A program made the position numbers and the translations under genes. Below the pieces are notes generated by a model. The model was given only the letters and a program-made list of their open reading frames with translations, did not search any database and was not told where the DNA came from. This document shows positions 9,062 to 18,728 of a DNA stretch of 64,000 bases, one piece after another. Positions within the stretch are counted from its first letter, which is position 1. Each line of letters begins with the position of its first letter. Origin of the DNA: Dehalococcoidia bacterium (GTDB lineage: Bacteria; Chloroflexota; Dehalococcoidia; SpSt-223); assembly GCA_025054935.1 (NCBI GenBank), contig JANWZD010000001.1, positions 201,008-265,007 on the forward strand, given 5' to 3'.

Positions 9062-9718
9062 ATGTGTGGTCGCTATACACTCACAGCCGTGTCGCAACTG
9101 CGGGGCCGTTTTTCCCTTGACGACATGCCCGCGCACCTGCCGCAGCGGTTCAATATCGCCCCTTCGGAGCCGGCGCCGATCATCAGCCGGGCAGGCCGCA
9201 ATCAGCTCGAGATACTGCAGTGGGGAATCCAGCCGCGCTGGGCGAAGGAGCGAGCGGGAGGACGGCTGCTCATCAATGCGCGCGCCGAGTCGGTCGCCGA
9301 CTCTCGGCTGTTCGCCCCCGCCCTCCGCGCCCGTCGTGTCATCGTCCCTGCCACCGGCTGGTATGAGTGGAAAGAGACCCCCGCGGGGAAGCAGCCCTAC
9401 TACTTCCGCCGCAAGGACGGCGAGTTGGTAGGGTTTGCGGGCCTAGCGCTTGAGGAGCCTGAGGAGCGGGGCTTCGTCATCATCACTACGGAAGCGCCTC
9501 CGCACCTCCGCCAGGTCCACGATCGGATGCCGGCGGTCCTCCACCGCGAGGATGAGGATCCTTGGCTCGACCGGCACAACCGCGAGCCGGCTGATGTGCT
9601 GCCGCTCCTGCGGCCGTACGACGAGGAGCTGCTCGTCTGGTATCCTGTCTCACGAATGGTTAACCGCAGCGGCTACGACGACCCCCGCATGATCGAGCCC
9701 CTCCCCGCCAGTTCCTAG
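9062..9718 (+). CDS. SOS response-associated peptidase / abasic-site processing protein (SRAP, YedK/HMCES family)
   Basis: MCGRY N-terminus (catalytic Cys2), RFNIAP, INARAE, GWYEW, HDRMP. Confidence 0.93.
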   Translation: MCGRYTLTAVSQLRGRFSLDDMPAHLPQRFNIAPSEPAPIISRAGRNQLEILQWGIQPRWAKERAGGRLLINARAESVADSRLFAPALRARRVIVPATGWYEWKETPAGKQPYYFRRKDGELVGFAGLALEEPEERGFVIITTEAPPHLRQVHDRMPAVLHREDEDPWLDRHNREPADVLPLLRPYDEELLVWYPVSRMVNRSGYDDPRMIEPLPASS

Positions 9719-9988
9719 GGGCGCACGGCAAGGTGTAGAGCCTCTCCTCTGCCGCTGGCGCTATTTGCGGGCAGCGCAGTCGGGGCAGATCCTGCCGAAC
9801 GGCGCGCAACCGGCCAGCTCCTGCAGCGTCGGCGCTCATCATCGGCAGGGCGGTCCGCGCCGCTCGGCGACATGCCGTGACGGTATCCTCTCGCAGTGCC
9901 TCCCTCCCCCTCTTCCGCAGCAGGGATTGGCTCGCCCTGCCGATGCTTGCTGCCGCTGGTTGTGCCGTCAGCAGAGGGCCAAGGGCGC

Positions 9989-11236
9989 TTAGATCACAAT
10001 GAACGGTACCCGCATTTCCGACGGCGTCAGCCCAGAGTGATGGGAGACAAGAGCGGCGAACCGGTCCACTTTTCCGGGGGCATATTCGATGACGTCGGTG
10101 CCGGTCGAGATGACGATCAGGTCGCCGAGGCGGGCGCGGGTGTGGCTGCTCAGCGGGCCGGGCCCAAACAGTTCGAGGCGCTCTGCTTCGTCAGTTGAAA
10201 TCACCAAGAATCGCGAGCCGTAATGGTGATGGAACCAAGCCCGCACCCGGTCAGCCGCTCCATCGCGGACATGGAGGTAGAGCACCCGGCTATCGCCTGA
10301 GGGAGGAAAGCGCAGAGCTTCGAAAAGGCCGGCGGACGGCCGCAGATAGTGGCGGGCCGTCACCGGCGTGTCGAGGAGACCGTGGTCGGCCGTGATCACG
10401 ATCCGGCTCCGACCGTTGAGGCTGCGTGCGAGCCGTTCGACCTGACGGCTCAGTTCGGCGATGGCGGTTCCGACCATCGGATGAAAGACCCCGTGGTAAT
10501 GCGCTTCGAGATCGATCTGGGGCGCGTAGAGATAGCTGTAGGTTGGTTCGCACGCTCGGGCGATGCGGTCGACCAGAAAATCGACTGCATCGGTCAGCGC
10601 CCGATAGCCGCCGCGAACTCGCTCTCCCGTGAAGTAGGCAGATGAGACACTGTTGACCAAGTTGTCGGGGAAAAGCGCGATGGTGTCCCGCCGCAGCGCC
10701 GCATAGACCGATGGAATTGGAAACGCTTGAGAGACGGTAATCCCGAGACTGGCGAGGGAGCGGCCGCCCGCGCGGGTCGCGAACTGAAGGAGCCCCGCTG
10801 CCGCCTCCGCCTCGGGCAGGTGGGTCCATTGCCCGGTCACGCCGTGGAGGTTGGGCCAGGTGCCGGTCGCAAGCGAGGTGAGCGCCACCGAGGAGGTGGA
10901 GGGGAAGACAGTCCGCAGTTCGTCGACGACTGCTGCGGCGAGAATGTTGTCCCGCGGCAGCCGCTCCACCAGGTTCATCCCGAGCCCATCCGCTAGAATG
11001 AAAATCAAATGATCCGGGTCGCCAATGAGGGCGGCGAGCTTACGCGCGGTCGGGGTCAGGTCAACGGTGTCGGCTCCGGCGACGTGAGCCAGCGCCCGCG
11101 AAAGGTCAACGATGTTCGGGGACGCGGCGCTGGGGCGCAGCAGAGACCCTTCCTCAAATCGTCGCAGCAGCCGGTGGACATCAGTCTGGTCGGTCAGTTT
11201 GGCGTTCCCCCCTCGGTCAGATCTCAGGTGCGACAT
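9989..11236 (-). CDS. Alkaline phosphatase superfamily / nucleotide pyrophosphatase-phosphodiesterase
   Basis: ILADGLG, TVFPSTS, DLEAH, ITADHG, HSGLT..EMRVP. Confidence 0.85.
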   Translation of the reverse strand: MSHLRSDRGGNAKLTDQTDVHRLLRRFEEGSLLRPSAASPNIVDLSRALAHVAGADTVDLTPTARKLAALIGDPDHLIFILADGLGMNLVERLPRDNILAAAVVDELRTVFPSTSSVALTSLATGTWPNLHGVTGQWTHLPEAEAAAGLLQFATRAGGRSLASLGITVSQAFPIPSVYAALRRDTIALFPDNLVNSVSSAYFTGERVRGGYRALTDAVDFLVDRIARACEPTYSYLYAPQIDLEAHYHGVFHPMVGTAIAELSRQVERLARSLNGRSRIVITADHGLLDTPVTARHYLRPSAGLFEALRFPPSGDSRVLYLHVRDGAADRVRAWFHHHYGSRFLVISTDEAERLELFGPGPLSSHTRARLGDLIVISTGTDVIEYAPGKVDRFAALVSHHSGLTPSEMRVPFIVI

Positions 11237-11259
11237 AATCCTAGCGCAGCGAGGGCGCA

Positions 11260-13422
11260 GTGCTAGCAGCGTTCACGCTCGACGATCTCGCCGCCCAGCT
11301 TGGAGAAGAGTACTGCACGTTGCCGGAGGCCGACCGCCGACGTCACCTTGAACTGCTGCGCGAGGTGCGTCGCCCTGATGCCGTTGCACTCGACGTAACG
11401 CCGCTCGGCGAGAACCGCTGGCGGGTGACAGTCTGTATGGCAGATGCGCTCGGCGCGCTCTCGGTGCTGGCCGGACTGTTTACCGCGCTCCGCTTAGATA
11501 TCGTTCGCGCGGATATTTACACCGTTCGGGTTCCTGTGCGCCAGACGGGAAAGCGGCCCCTCTTTCGCCGGGGAACGAGTGAACTTCCTGAGCCCTCGCG
11601 CCGACTGCTCGATATCTTTGAGGTGCGCGACCTCGCGGCTCGCTCCAACGCGCTGTGGGAGGAGTTTGCCGCCGAACTGCGCCGCCTCGTCGCTGCCCGG
11701 GTTGCGGGAGCGTGGGAGAATGCGCGGGCCGATCTTATCGACCGGGTGAGCGCGGTCTTCCGCGAGGCAGAGCCAGGGTCGGTGCGGGTGCGGCCCGTAC
11801 AGATCGACGTGGCCAACGACCCGGGGGTCCCCCTCACCCGGGTGACGGTCCGTTCTGCCGACAACCTCGGCTTTCTCTTTGCCTTCACCAACGCGCTCGC
11901 CGGGATCACCGTGAATATCGAACGCGCGACGGTCCGGACCGATGCCGGCGAGGCGGTCGACACCTTCTGGGTGACCGATGTTGCCGGTCGGCAGATCACC
12001 TCGCCGGAGCAGCTCCGTGAACTGCGGGTGGCCACCGCCCTCATTAAGCAGTTCACCGACCTGCTTCCGCACTCGCCGGACCCGGCGCAGGCGCTTCACC
12101 AGTTCAGCGCCCTCATCCAGCAGATGCTCTCGCGTCCGCAGTGGACGAACGAGCTCGCCGACCTCGAGTCGCCGGCTGTCCTCGAGACCCTCGCCGAGCT
12201 GATGGGAGTCAGCCGCTTTCTCTGGGAGGACTTTCTCCGGCTCCAGCATGAGAACCTCTTTCCGGTGCTGCTCGACCTCGGCGGACTGAGCCGGTCCATC
12301 ACCCGCGACCAGCTTGAGCAGCGGCTGAACAGCGTGCTCGCCCCGCTTGCCAGCCGCGCCGAGCGGGTCGACGCTCTGAATGCCTTTAAGGACCGCGAGA
12401 TGTTCCGGATCGATCTCCGGCACATCACCGGCCGCAGCACCTTTCAGACCTTTTCCCGCGAGTTGACTGACCTCGCCGAGCTCGTGATCGACACCGCTGT
12501 TCGCCTCAGCTACGACGAACTTGTTCTCCGCCACGGCGAGCCGCGCAGCGGGAGCGGCCGGTGCGGCTGGGCGGTCGGCGGGCTGGGCAAGTTTGGCGGC
12601 CAAGAGCTCGGGTTTGGCTCCGACCTTGAGCTTGTGCTGGTCTTTGAGGAGGAGGGCGAGACCGCAGGGCCAGAGGTGGTGCGCAACTCGCAGTTCTTTG
12701 CCCAGCTCGTTCTCTCGTTGAAAGAGCACGTGCGCGCTCGAGAGCAAGGGATCTTTCAGCTCGACCTCCGCCTCCGTCCCCACGGCGAGGCTGGCGCACT
12801 TGCCTCCTCCCTTGAGGGATACGCGGCCTACTACACTCCGGGCGGAGGCGCAGAGCAGTTCGAGCGGCTCGCGCTCGTTCGCTTGCGGCCGGTAGCAGGC
12901 GACCGGTCGGTCGGCGAGCGCATGCTCGCTATTCGGGATGCCTTCGTCTATGCCGACCGCCCGCTTGATTTTGACAACATTCTTCACCTTCGCCACCGTC
13001 AAGCCACCGAGCTGGTTCCCCGAGGGCGGCTCAACGCGAAGTACAGTCACGGCGGGCTGGTCGATATTGAGTACTACGTTCAGGCATGGCAGATCGGCGC
13101 CGGCCGAACCGACCACTCCGTTCGCGTCACGAACACCCTGCTCGCCACAGAGCGGCTGCGCGCCGGCGGCCATCTTCCTGAGCTCCTTGTCGAGGAGCTC
13201 CAGTCGACCTACAGCTTCCTGCGGCGCCTGATCGATGCGCTCCGTGTCGTCCGCGGCAATGCCAAGGACCTGACCATCCCCGAGGAGCGGTCGCGCGAGC
13301 TCGCCTATCTTGCCCACCGGCTTGGAATTGCCGAGCCGTCTCTCCTGCTCACCGCTATCCGTGACCGGATGGCATTTGCGTCTCGCCTGTGGCAAGGGCC
13401 GCTTCCGCGATGGGACAACTGA
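11260..13422 (+). CDS. GlnE-like glutamine synthetase adenylyltransferase with N-terminal ACT-like domains
   Basis: LGKFGGQELGFGSDLELV, DLRLRPHG, FERLAL, KYSHGGLVDIEY. N-terminal ADALGALSVLAG..LDIVRADIYT and ADNLGFLFAF..VNIERATVRT..AVDTFWV resemble the GlnD ACT domains. Confidence 0.8.
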   Translation: MLAAFTLDDLAAQLGEEYCTLPEADRRRHLELLREVRRPDAVALDVTPLGENRWRVTVCMADALGALSVLAGLFTALRLDIVRADIYTVRVPVRQTGKRPLFRRGTSELPEPSRRLLDIFEVRDLAARSNALWEEFAAELRRLVAARVAGAWENARADLIDRVSAVFREAEPGSVRVRPVQIDVANDPGVPLTRVTVRSADNLGFLFAFTNALAGITVNIERATVRTDAGEAVDTFWVTDVAGRQITSPEQLRELRVATALIKQFTDLLPHSPDPAQALHQFSALIQQMLSRPQWTNELADLESPAVLETLAELMGVSRFLWEDFLRLQHENLFPVLLDLGGLSRSITRDQLEQRLNSVLAPLASRAERVDALNAFKDREMFRIDLRHITGRSTFQTFSRELTDLAELVIDTAVRLSYDELVLRHGEPRSGSGRCGWAVGGLGKFGGQELGFGSDLELVLVFEEEGETAGPEVVRNSQFFAQLVLSLKEHVRAREQGIFQLDLRLRPHGEAGALASSLEGYAAYYTPGGGAEQFERLALVRLRPVAGDRSVGERMLAIRDAFVYADRPLDFDNILHLRHRQATELVPRGRLNAKYSHGGLVDIEYYVQAWQIGAGRTDHSVRVTNTLLATERLRAGGHLPELLVEELQSTYSFLRRLIDALRVVRGNAKDLTIPEERSRELAYLAHRLGIAEPSLLLTAIRDRMAFASRLWQGPLPRWDN

Positions 13423-13477
13423 GCCGCACGTCGTCGCGCGCTCTTCTTCGGCGGCACGGGAGCGCACGATCGTAGCG

Positions 13478-15169
13478 TCATCGCCGGCGAATGCTCGCCC
13501 CCGCGCCCTGATGCCCGCGCTCCATTCGCGGGTCGCGTTGGTTCGGGTCGATTTTGACGGCGATGAAAACGGGGCCGTCGATCGTGCCGAGCCCTGCTAA
13601 AACCCGGCGATACTCCTCTGCGCTGGCAACATTGAAGGCACGGCATCCCATCGCCGCGGCAATTGCCGCAAAGTCGGGGTTGTCGAAGTCGCTCAGGAAG
13701 GTCGGCTCGCCGCGCGTCTGGAAGAGAACGCGCTCCGCGCCGTAGCCGCCGTCGTCTTCGCAGATCACCAGAAGCGGAATGCGCTGTCGGGCGGCGCTTT
13801 CGAGTTCTGCCACTGTCATCATCAGGCCGCCGTCGCCGATGAAGAGGACAGTCAGCCGGTCGGGCCGGCCGACTGCCGCGCCGATCGCCTCCGGAAGCGC
13901 TGTGCCGATGGCGCCCAGTCGCCACGGGAAGAGCAGGTCATCGGGATGGGGCGTCCGCAGGTGCGCGGCGGGCAGGCCCATGAAGTGACCGATGTCGACG
14001 ACGAGCAACCGATTAGCCGGTAGCAGCTCGTCGGCGATCTGCACCACGAGCCGCCGGTCGAGGTAGCCGGGCGATCCCGCGAAGGAGCCTTCGCGCCAGG
14101 GGTCGATTGCCGCGATCCGCAGCGCCAATTCTTCGCTGCGCCAGCCTCGGCGCGCGCCCGGCCCGAGCGCCTCGGCCAGAGCGTGCGCCGTTGCGCGGGC
14201 GTCGGCGATGATGGCGCGGTCGACCCGCGTTATCGCGCCGATAGCAGCCGGGTCGGTGTCGATCTGGACAAGCGTTGCCTCCGGAAAGAGACGTCCAGCG
14301 TCGAGCGTGTAGTGCGTGAGCGCTGCCCCAAACGCGAGCACGAGGTCGGACTCGTTGAGAATGGCGCGAGCGTCTTCGGGAGCAAACCCGCCGGCCAGCC
14401 CCACGTTAAAGGGATGCCCGTCGAACCAGCCGCGGGCGAATAACGTCGTCGAAAGCACCGCTCCGATCCGGTCGGCGAGGGCGATCAAGGCGTCGCGAGC
14501 GCCGGCGCGGATGGCGCCGCGGCCGGCAAGGATGACGGGACGCTCGCTGCGTTCCGCCAGCTGGGCCACCTCGGCAACGAGCCGAGGGTCGGGGAGCGGA
14601 GCTTGCCGCTCCGGCAGCACTCGCTCCGCCGGCTCATAGCGCCAGCCCGCAGGCAGCGGCTGCTCAGCGACGTCATAGCTGAGCTGGAGCACAATCGGCC
14701 CCTGCCCGAGACGGGCGTGGCGGAAGGCGAGCTGAATCTCTTCGGCGGCGGTGGCGGGGGTTGAGATCGGCTGGAGCGCCCCGGCGGTTGCGAGGATGAT
14801 CGGGGGCTGGTCGATGTCCATGTTCCCGAGTCGGCTGCCGGCGGGCTTATCCGCGGCGATGACGACGAGAGGCGTCCGCGACAGCCGCGCCGCGGTAAGG
14901 GCGGTGGCCGCATTTGTCAGCCCGGGGCCTTGGGCGACCACGGCGACCCCCACTCGCCCCGTCGCGCGCGCGTAGCCGTCGGCCATGTGAACCGCCCCTT
15001 GCTCATGCCGCGCCGCAATGTATCGCCGGCGGTGGCGTGTCACCCAGTCGAGCATCATCCGGTCGATGACAGCTCCGACGACGCCGAAGACCACCTCGAC
15101 GCCTTCCGCCGCAAGCGCATCTGTCACGCCGTGGATGACCTGAAACGAGGCCTGCTCATCGCCGCTCAT
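13478..15169 (-). CDS. Thiamine-diphosphate-dependent enzyme (acetolactate synthase-like)
   Basis: ARHEQGAVHMADGYAR, GPGLTN, GDGGLMM ThDP motif. Confidence 0.88.
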   Translation of the reverse strand: MSGDEQASFQVIHGVTDALAAEGVEVVFGVVGAVIDRMMLDWVTRHRRRYIAARHEQGAVHMADGYARATGRVGVAVVAQGPGLTNAATALTAARLSRTPLVVIAADKPAGSRLGNMDIDQPPIILATAGALQPISTPATAAEEIQLAFRHARLGQGPIVLQLSYDVAEQPLPAGWRYEPAERVLPERQAPLPDPRLVAEVAQLAERSERPVILAGRGAIRAGARDALIALADRIGAVLSTTLFARGWFDGHPFNVGLAGGFAPEDARAILNESDLVLAFGAALTHYTLDAGRLFPEATLVQIDTDPAAIGAITRVDRAIIADARATAHALAEALGPGARRGWRSEELALRIAAIDPWREGSFAGSPGYLDRRLVVQIADELLPANRLLVVDIGHFMGLPAAHLRTPHPDDLLFPWRLGAIGTALPEAIGAAVGRPDRLTVLFIGDGGLMMTVAELESAARQRIPLLVICEDDGGYGAERVLFQTRGEPTFLSDFDNPDFAAIAAAMGCRAFNVASAEEYRRVLAGLGTIDGPVFIAVKIDPNQRDPRMERGHQGAGASIRRR

Positions 15170-15322
15170 CCGTCCGCCCTCCGAACGTTGCTCGGTCCAG
15201 CATACACGGTGCTGCCGAGGCAGGGTTCACGCACCTGGTTGCGTTCTGCACCTAACCAAGCGCAGAATTTGCCCGTCTCGCGGTGCGCGACGGCGGGCCG
15301 GAGCGAGGCGAGTGAGGGGAAC

Positions 15323-17278
15323 GTGCAGGTCAAGACGGCGCTCGCAGCAAGCATGCTCATGCTGGCGGGAAGCGCCCTTTTTTTGCTTGGGGTCGTCGCC
15401 GCGGTCGTGATCGCGGAAGGGCGAGGCGCGCCGCTCGAAGAGCGGTTCTTCGAACTCCCGCTTCTGCCGACTGCCTCCCCAACCGCGACGGCGACGCAAG
15501 TCCGGCCCTCGCCGACGGCAACAGCGCCGCCTCCCCCGGCTTCCCAGCTCTATTTCCGCTGTAACGACGGCACGCTGCTCATCGGCACAAGCCGGGTCGG
15601 CGCCTGTGAAGGACGCGGCGGAATTGCCCAAGTGTCCGATGTGCCATTTTCCGCCGAGAGCCCGGTGCCTGCCTTGATCCCGCCGCTGCTGGCTACTCCT
15701 CCCGCTGAGACCGGCGCTCCCAGCACTCCCACGCCGACCCCGACGACCTTCACCTCTTTCGCTCCCGCGTTGCCGAATGCTCCCCGGGAAGCTGCGCAGC
15801 CGTCTCCCACCCCAACCCCAGAAGCGACCCCAGAGCCGACCGCAACGGCCACGCCGACCCCTCGCGCAGAGCCGACGCCGACCCCAACCCCGCTCCCTGC
15901 CCCAACGGTCACTGTCGTTCCAGCCGACCAGCAGCCTCGGCTGCCGCCGGGCGCGCCAGCCAGCCGCTCCACCCTCGCCGGGCTGTGGCACGCGCCGGTC
16001 GAAGATGATGTCTTTCTCGGACGACTGGAGGAGAGCGGCGCAGGATGGGTGCGCATCTTTCTGAGGTGGGAGCGTATCGAGCCGGTTGAAACGACGCCGC
16101 CGTCGTACGACTGGGCAGCGAGCGACCAGGCGCTTCGATTCGTGCGCGAGCGCGGGCTTCAGCCTCTCGTCACCATCGTTGATCCGCCGTCATGGGCAGC
16201 ATTTCCGACCTGTGGTCCCTTCCGGACTGAGGCGGCGCGGGACCGCTGGCTGCGGTTCGTCCGCGCGGCGGTCGAACGCTACTCGCGGCTTCCCTACGCC
16301 GTTCGCTATTGGGCGCTCTACGACGAGCCGGATTTCCGCATCCAGAACCCGAACGACAAGTTCGGGGGAGGCGCGGGCGGCGGCTGCTGGGGCAGCCATC
16401 CAGCCGACTACGGCGCGATGCTGCGGGCAACCTACCCTGTCATCAAGGCCGCGGACCCTGCGGCGCTCGTTGTGCTCGGACCGCTCGCTGCTGATGGCTG
16501 CGAGCCGACCTACAACTGCGAGTTCTTGCGTGAGGTCCTCGACCCGGCGAAGGGAAACGCGGGCGCAAGCTTCGATGTGGCGGCGTTCAATTACTTTCCC
16601 GTGTACCGCCGCGGCTGGGAGCGGTTTGGTGCCTCATTGCTTGGGAAAGCGGAAGGCATCCGGCGCACGATGGCCGAGTTCGGGGTCTCGAAACCGGTGC
16701 TGGTCGCCAAAACAGGCATTCTGCTCGACGGCAGCGAGGCGGCAAGGGCGCAAGCGAATTACGTCGCTCAGGCGCTTACGCTCGGCTTGGCCGACGCGGG
16801 CCGCCCTGACGGCCTCGGGACGCAGGCGGTCATCTGGTTCTCGCTTCGGGATAGCGATGACCCCAACGACCGGTGGGGGCTGGTTGATGCCTCGGGAAAC
16901 CCGAAAGAGTCGTTCTTGGTCTTCCAGGCATGGGTCAAGGAGATGACGGGGCTGCGCTTCGCCCGGAATGAGAGCGAGCCGACCTACGGCAGCGGCCCGG
17001 CGACGCCCTGCGACAGCGGCCCCTATCGATGCGACGCGCTTCAGAAATATGTCTTCGCCGCCGGAGACCGGGAGAAATGGGTGCTCTGGGTTGACGCCGG
17101 TCCCCATCGCCAGCCCGACCGGTTCACCACCACCGCAACGCGGGTTGTCGAGGTGCCTGCTTCCCGGGTGATCGCGCTGCGCAATCGCACCGGCGACCCT
17201 CTTCCCTATGAAGTCGTCCAAGATCAGGCGCGCATTGTGGTGGGAGAGAGCCCGCTCTATCTGACGCTCCGCCGCTAG
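15323..17278 (+). CDS. Secreted/anchored clan GH-A glycoside hydrolase-like protein with Pro/Thr linkers
   Basis: N-terminal hydrophobic helix and PT-rich linkers. GAGWVR..W..IEP, YDW..SD, WALYDEPD, IKAADP, WFSLRD..WGLV..PK. Confidence 0.8.
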   Translation: MQVKTALAASMLMLAGSALFLLGVVAAVVIAEGRGAPLEERFFELPLLPTASPTATATQVRPSPTATAPPPPASQLYFRCNDGTLLIGTSRVGACEGRGGIAQVSDVPFSAESPVPALIPPLLATPPAETGAPSTPTPTPTTFTSFAPALPNAPREAAQPSPTPTPEATPEPTATATPTPRAEPTPTPTPLPAPTVTVVPADQQPRLPPGAPASRSTLAGLWHAPVEDDVFLGRLEESGAGWVRIFLRWERIEPVETTPPSYDWAASDQALRFVRERGLQPLVTIVDPPSWAAFPTCGPFRTEAARDRWLRFVRAAVERYSRLPYAVRYWALYDEPDFRIQNPNDKFGGGAGGGCWGSHPADYGAMLRATYPVIKAADPAALVVLGPLAADGCEPTYNCEFLREVLDPAKGNAGASFDVAAFNYFPVYRRGWERFGASLLGKAEGIRRTMAEFGVSKPVLVAKTGILLDGSEAARAQANYVAQALTLGLADAGRPDGLGTQAVIWFSLRDSDDPNDRWGLVDASGNPKESFLVFQAWVKEMTGLRFARNESEPTYGSGPATPCDSGPYRCDALQKYVFAAGDREKWVLWVDAGPHRQPDRFTTTATRVVEVPASRVIALRNRTGDPLPYEVVQDQARIVVGESPLYLTLRR

Positions 17279-17453
17279 GACGGGTGCGAGGCAGCCGCGG
17301 CAGCTGGGCCCGCAGGCCTAGCGCGGCTCCCCGAGTCCGATCATGGGCTCGGCACGGGAAAGTCGGCGCAACCGGGACACAACTCCTTGTTTCGACCCTT
17401 GCGGGTCAGGTATTTCACAACCACGCCAAGCGTCGTCTCATCGGGAGTGTTGG

Positions 17454-17993
17454 ATGCCTGTGGTCGAAGCGAAGCCGACGGTCGACGCCGCCTCGCCGAT
17501 CGTCCGGCTGACGGCTGACCTCCGCCGCAGCACAATTGCAGCCTGCGAAGATGAACGCGGCCGCCCGTACGTTCTCGTCACTGCGGAACCGCTGCGCTTC
17601 GACCGTGAGCATCTGCTCGCTGAGGCAGACAGCAACTTTGGCTTCTGTCTTGTCATTCGCCTCACGGGGCACGCGCCGGCGATTGGGATCCTCCGCCAAA
17701 CCGAGCGCGGCTTTCGCGAATATTGGCGCACCCTTGCGCCAAGCGCGCGGGCACTGCTCCGGCGGCTTCAGACTGCGGTCGAAGAGGCCGAGACGGTCCC
17801 GGTCTTCTGGCGAACGGCAGATGACACCGTCGTTGAGTTTCACCTCGGCGGCTATAACCGCCAGCACCGTGTCTGGTACAGTCGGCTCGACGCCGTGGAC
17901 CCGGAGGCGCCGCTCTTTCTCCTCTGTCCGCCGACCCCCGACGAGCCGGAGCGCCGCCCGCTCCGCTACGGCAGTCCAGCGCCGCGCCGGTAG
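17454..17993 (+). CDS. Hypothetical protein
   Basis: GGGAG SD, protein-like composition, fills the gap between convergent genes. Confidence 0.6.
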   Translation: MPVVEAKPTVDAASPIVRLTADLRRSTIAACEDERGRPYVLVTAEPLRFDREHLLAEADSNFGFCLVIRLTGHAPAIGILRQTERGFREYWRTLAPSARALLRRLQTAVEEAETVPVFWRTADDTVVEFHLGGYNRQHRVWYSRLDAVDPEAPLFLLCPPTPDEPERRPLRYGSPAPRR

Positions 17994-18001
17994 GCGGGCC
18001 C

Positions 18002-18436
18002 TCAGGCCCATACCCAGGCGAGCGTAAAGCCGAGAAGCGCGCCGGCGACGACCTGGATGGGGGTGTGGCCGATGAGCTCGAAGAGCCGCTTCTCAGAGAA
18101 TCGATGCTCCACAAAGTACTCGTCGAGCATCCGGTTCAAAATGCCGGCCTGAATGCCCACAGCACGCCGGACGCCCGCGGCGTCATACATCACGATCGCC
18201 GCGAAGACGAGACTGAGCGCGAACAGCGGCGTATGCACGCCGTCCAGCTTGCCGATAACCGTGGCGAGGGACATGACGACTGCGGAATGAGCGCTCGGCA
18301 TGCCGCCGGGCCGGGTGAACGTCCGGGGGCTGAGGCGATGCTCGCGGATGAGGATCCAGAGCACCTTAATGCTTTGACTGAGTAGCCACGCGAAGAAAGG
18401 AATGGTCAGATATTTATTGGCAAGCAGCGCTTCCAT
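18002..18436 (-). CDS. Divergent PAP2 family membrane protein (DUF212)
   Basis: GGMPSAHSA, VMYDAAGVRRAVG.QA.ILN, ELIGHTPIQV. Confidence 0.92.
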   Translation of the reverse strand: MEALLANKYLTIPFFAWLLSQSIKVLWILIREHRLSPRTFTRPGGMPSAHSAVVMSLATVIGKLDGVHTPLFALSLVFAAIVMYDAAGVRRAVGIQAGILNRMLDEYFVEHRFSEKRLFELIGHTPIQVVAGALLGFTLAWVWA

Positions 18437-18512
18437 CGTGTCTACGCCGAGAGCGGCTGGCGGACGGGAGCTCGCCGGTCTGCGCGACCTGGCGCGCCTC
18501 TCGTCGATCGGC

Positions 18513-18728
18513 TCAGCGCGGCGGAAGGTCGGTCTCGTCTTGGAGTTGGACGAGGCGAAGCTCCGCCGTTTCGATAATGGTGGCACAGGTCTTGACGAGG
18601 CGCATCCCCTGTTCGTAAAGCCCCATCGCCTCTTCCAGCTCGAGCCCCCCTTCTTCGAGCCGTTGGACGATCGCCTGCAGCTGGGCAAAGGCAGCCTCGA
18701 AGGTTAGGGGGGCAACGTCATTCGTCAT
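18513..18728 (-). CDS. xseB: Exodeoxyribonuclease VII small subunit
   Basis: TFEAAF..L..IV..LE.G.L.LEE....YEQG..L...C; follows xseA. Confidence 0.93.
   Translation of the reverse strand: MTNDVAPLTFEAAFAQLQAIVQRLEEGGLELEEAMGLYEQGMRLVKTCATIIETAELRLVQLQDETDLPPR

Noticed and set aside
11494..13467. 657-aa minus-strand ORF
   Set aside because: Shadow of the GlnE-like gene.
15720..15910. Repetitive CCGAC/ACGCC tract
   Set aside because: Encodes a Pro/Thr linker; not a CRISPR array or DNA repeat element.
17354..17392. GGGAAAGTCGGCGCAACCGG resembling a cobalamin riboswitch core
   Set aside because: No B12 box or downstream conserved elements recognisable.
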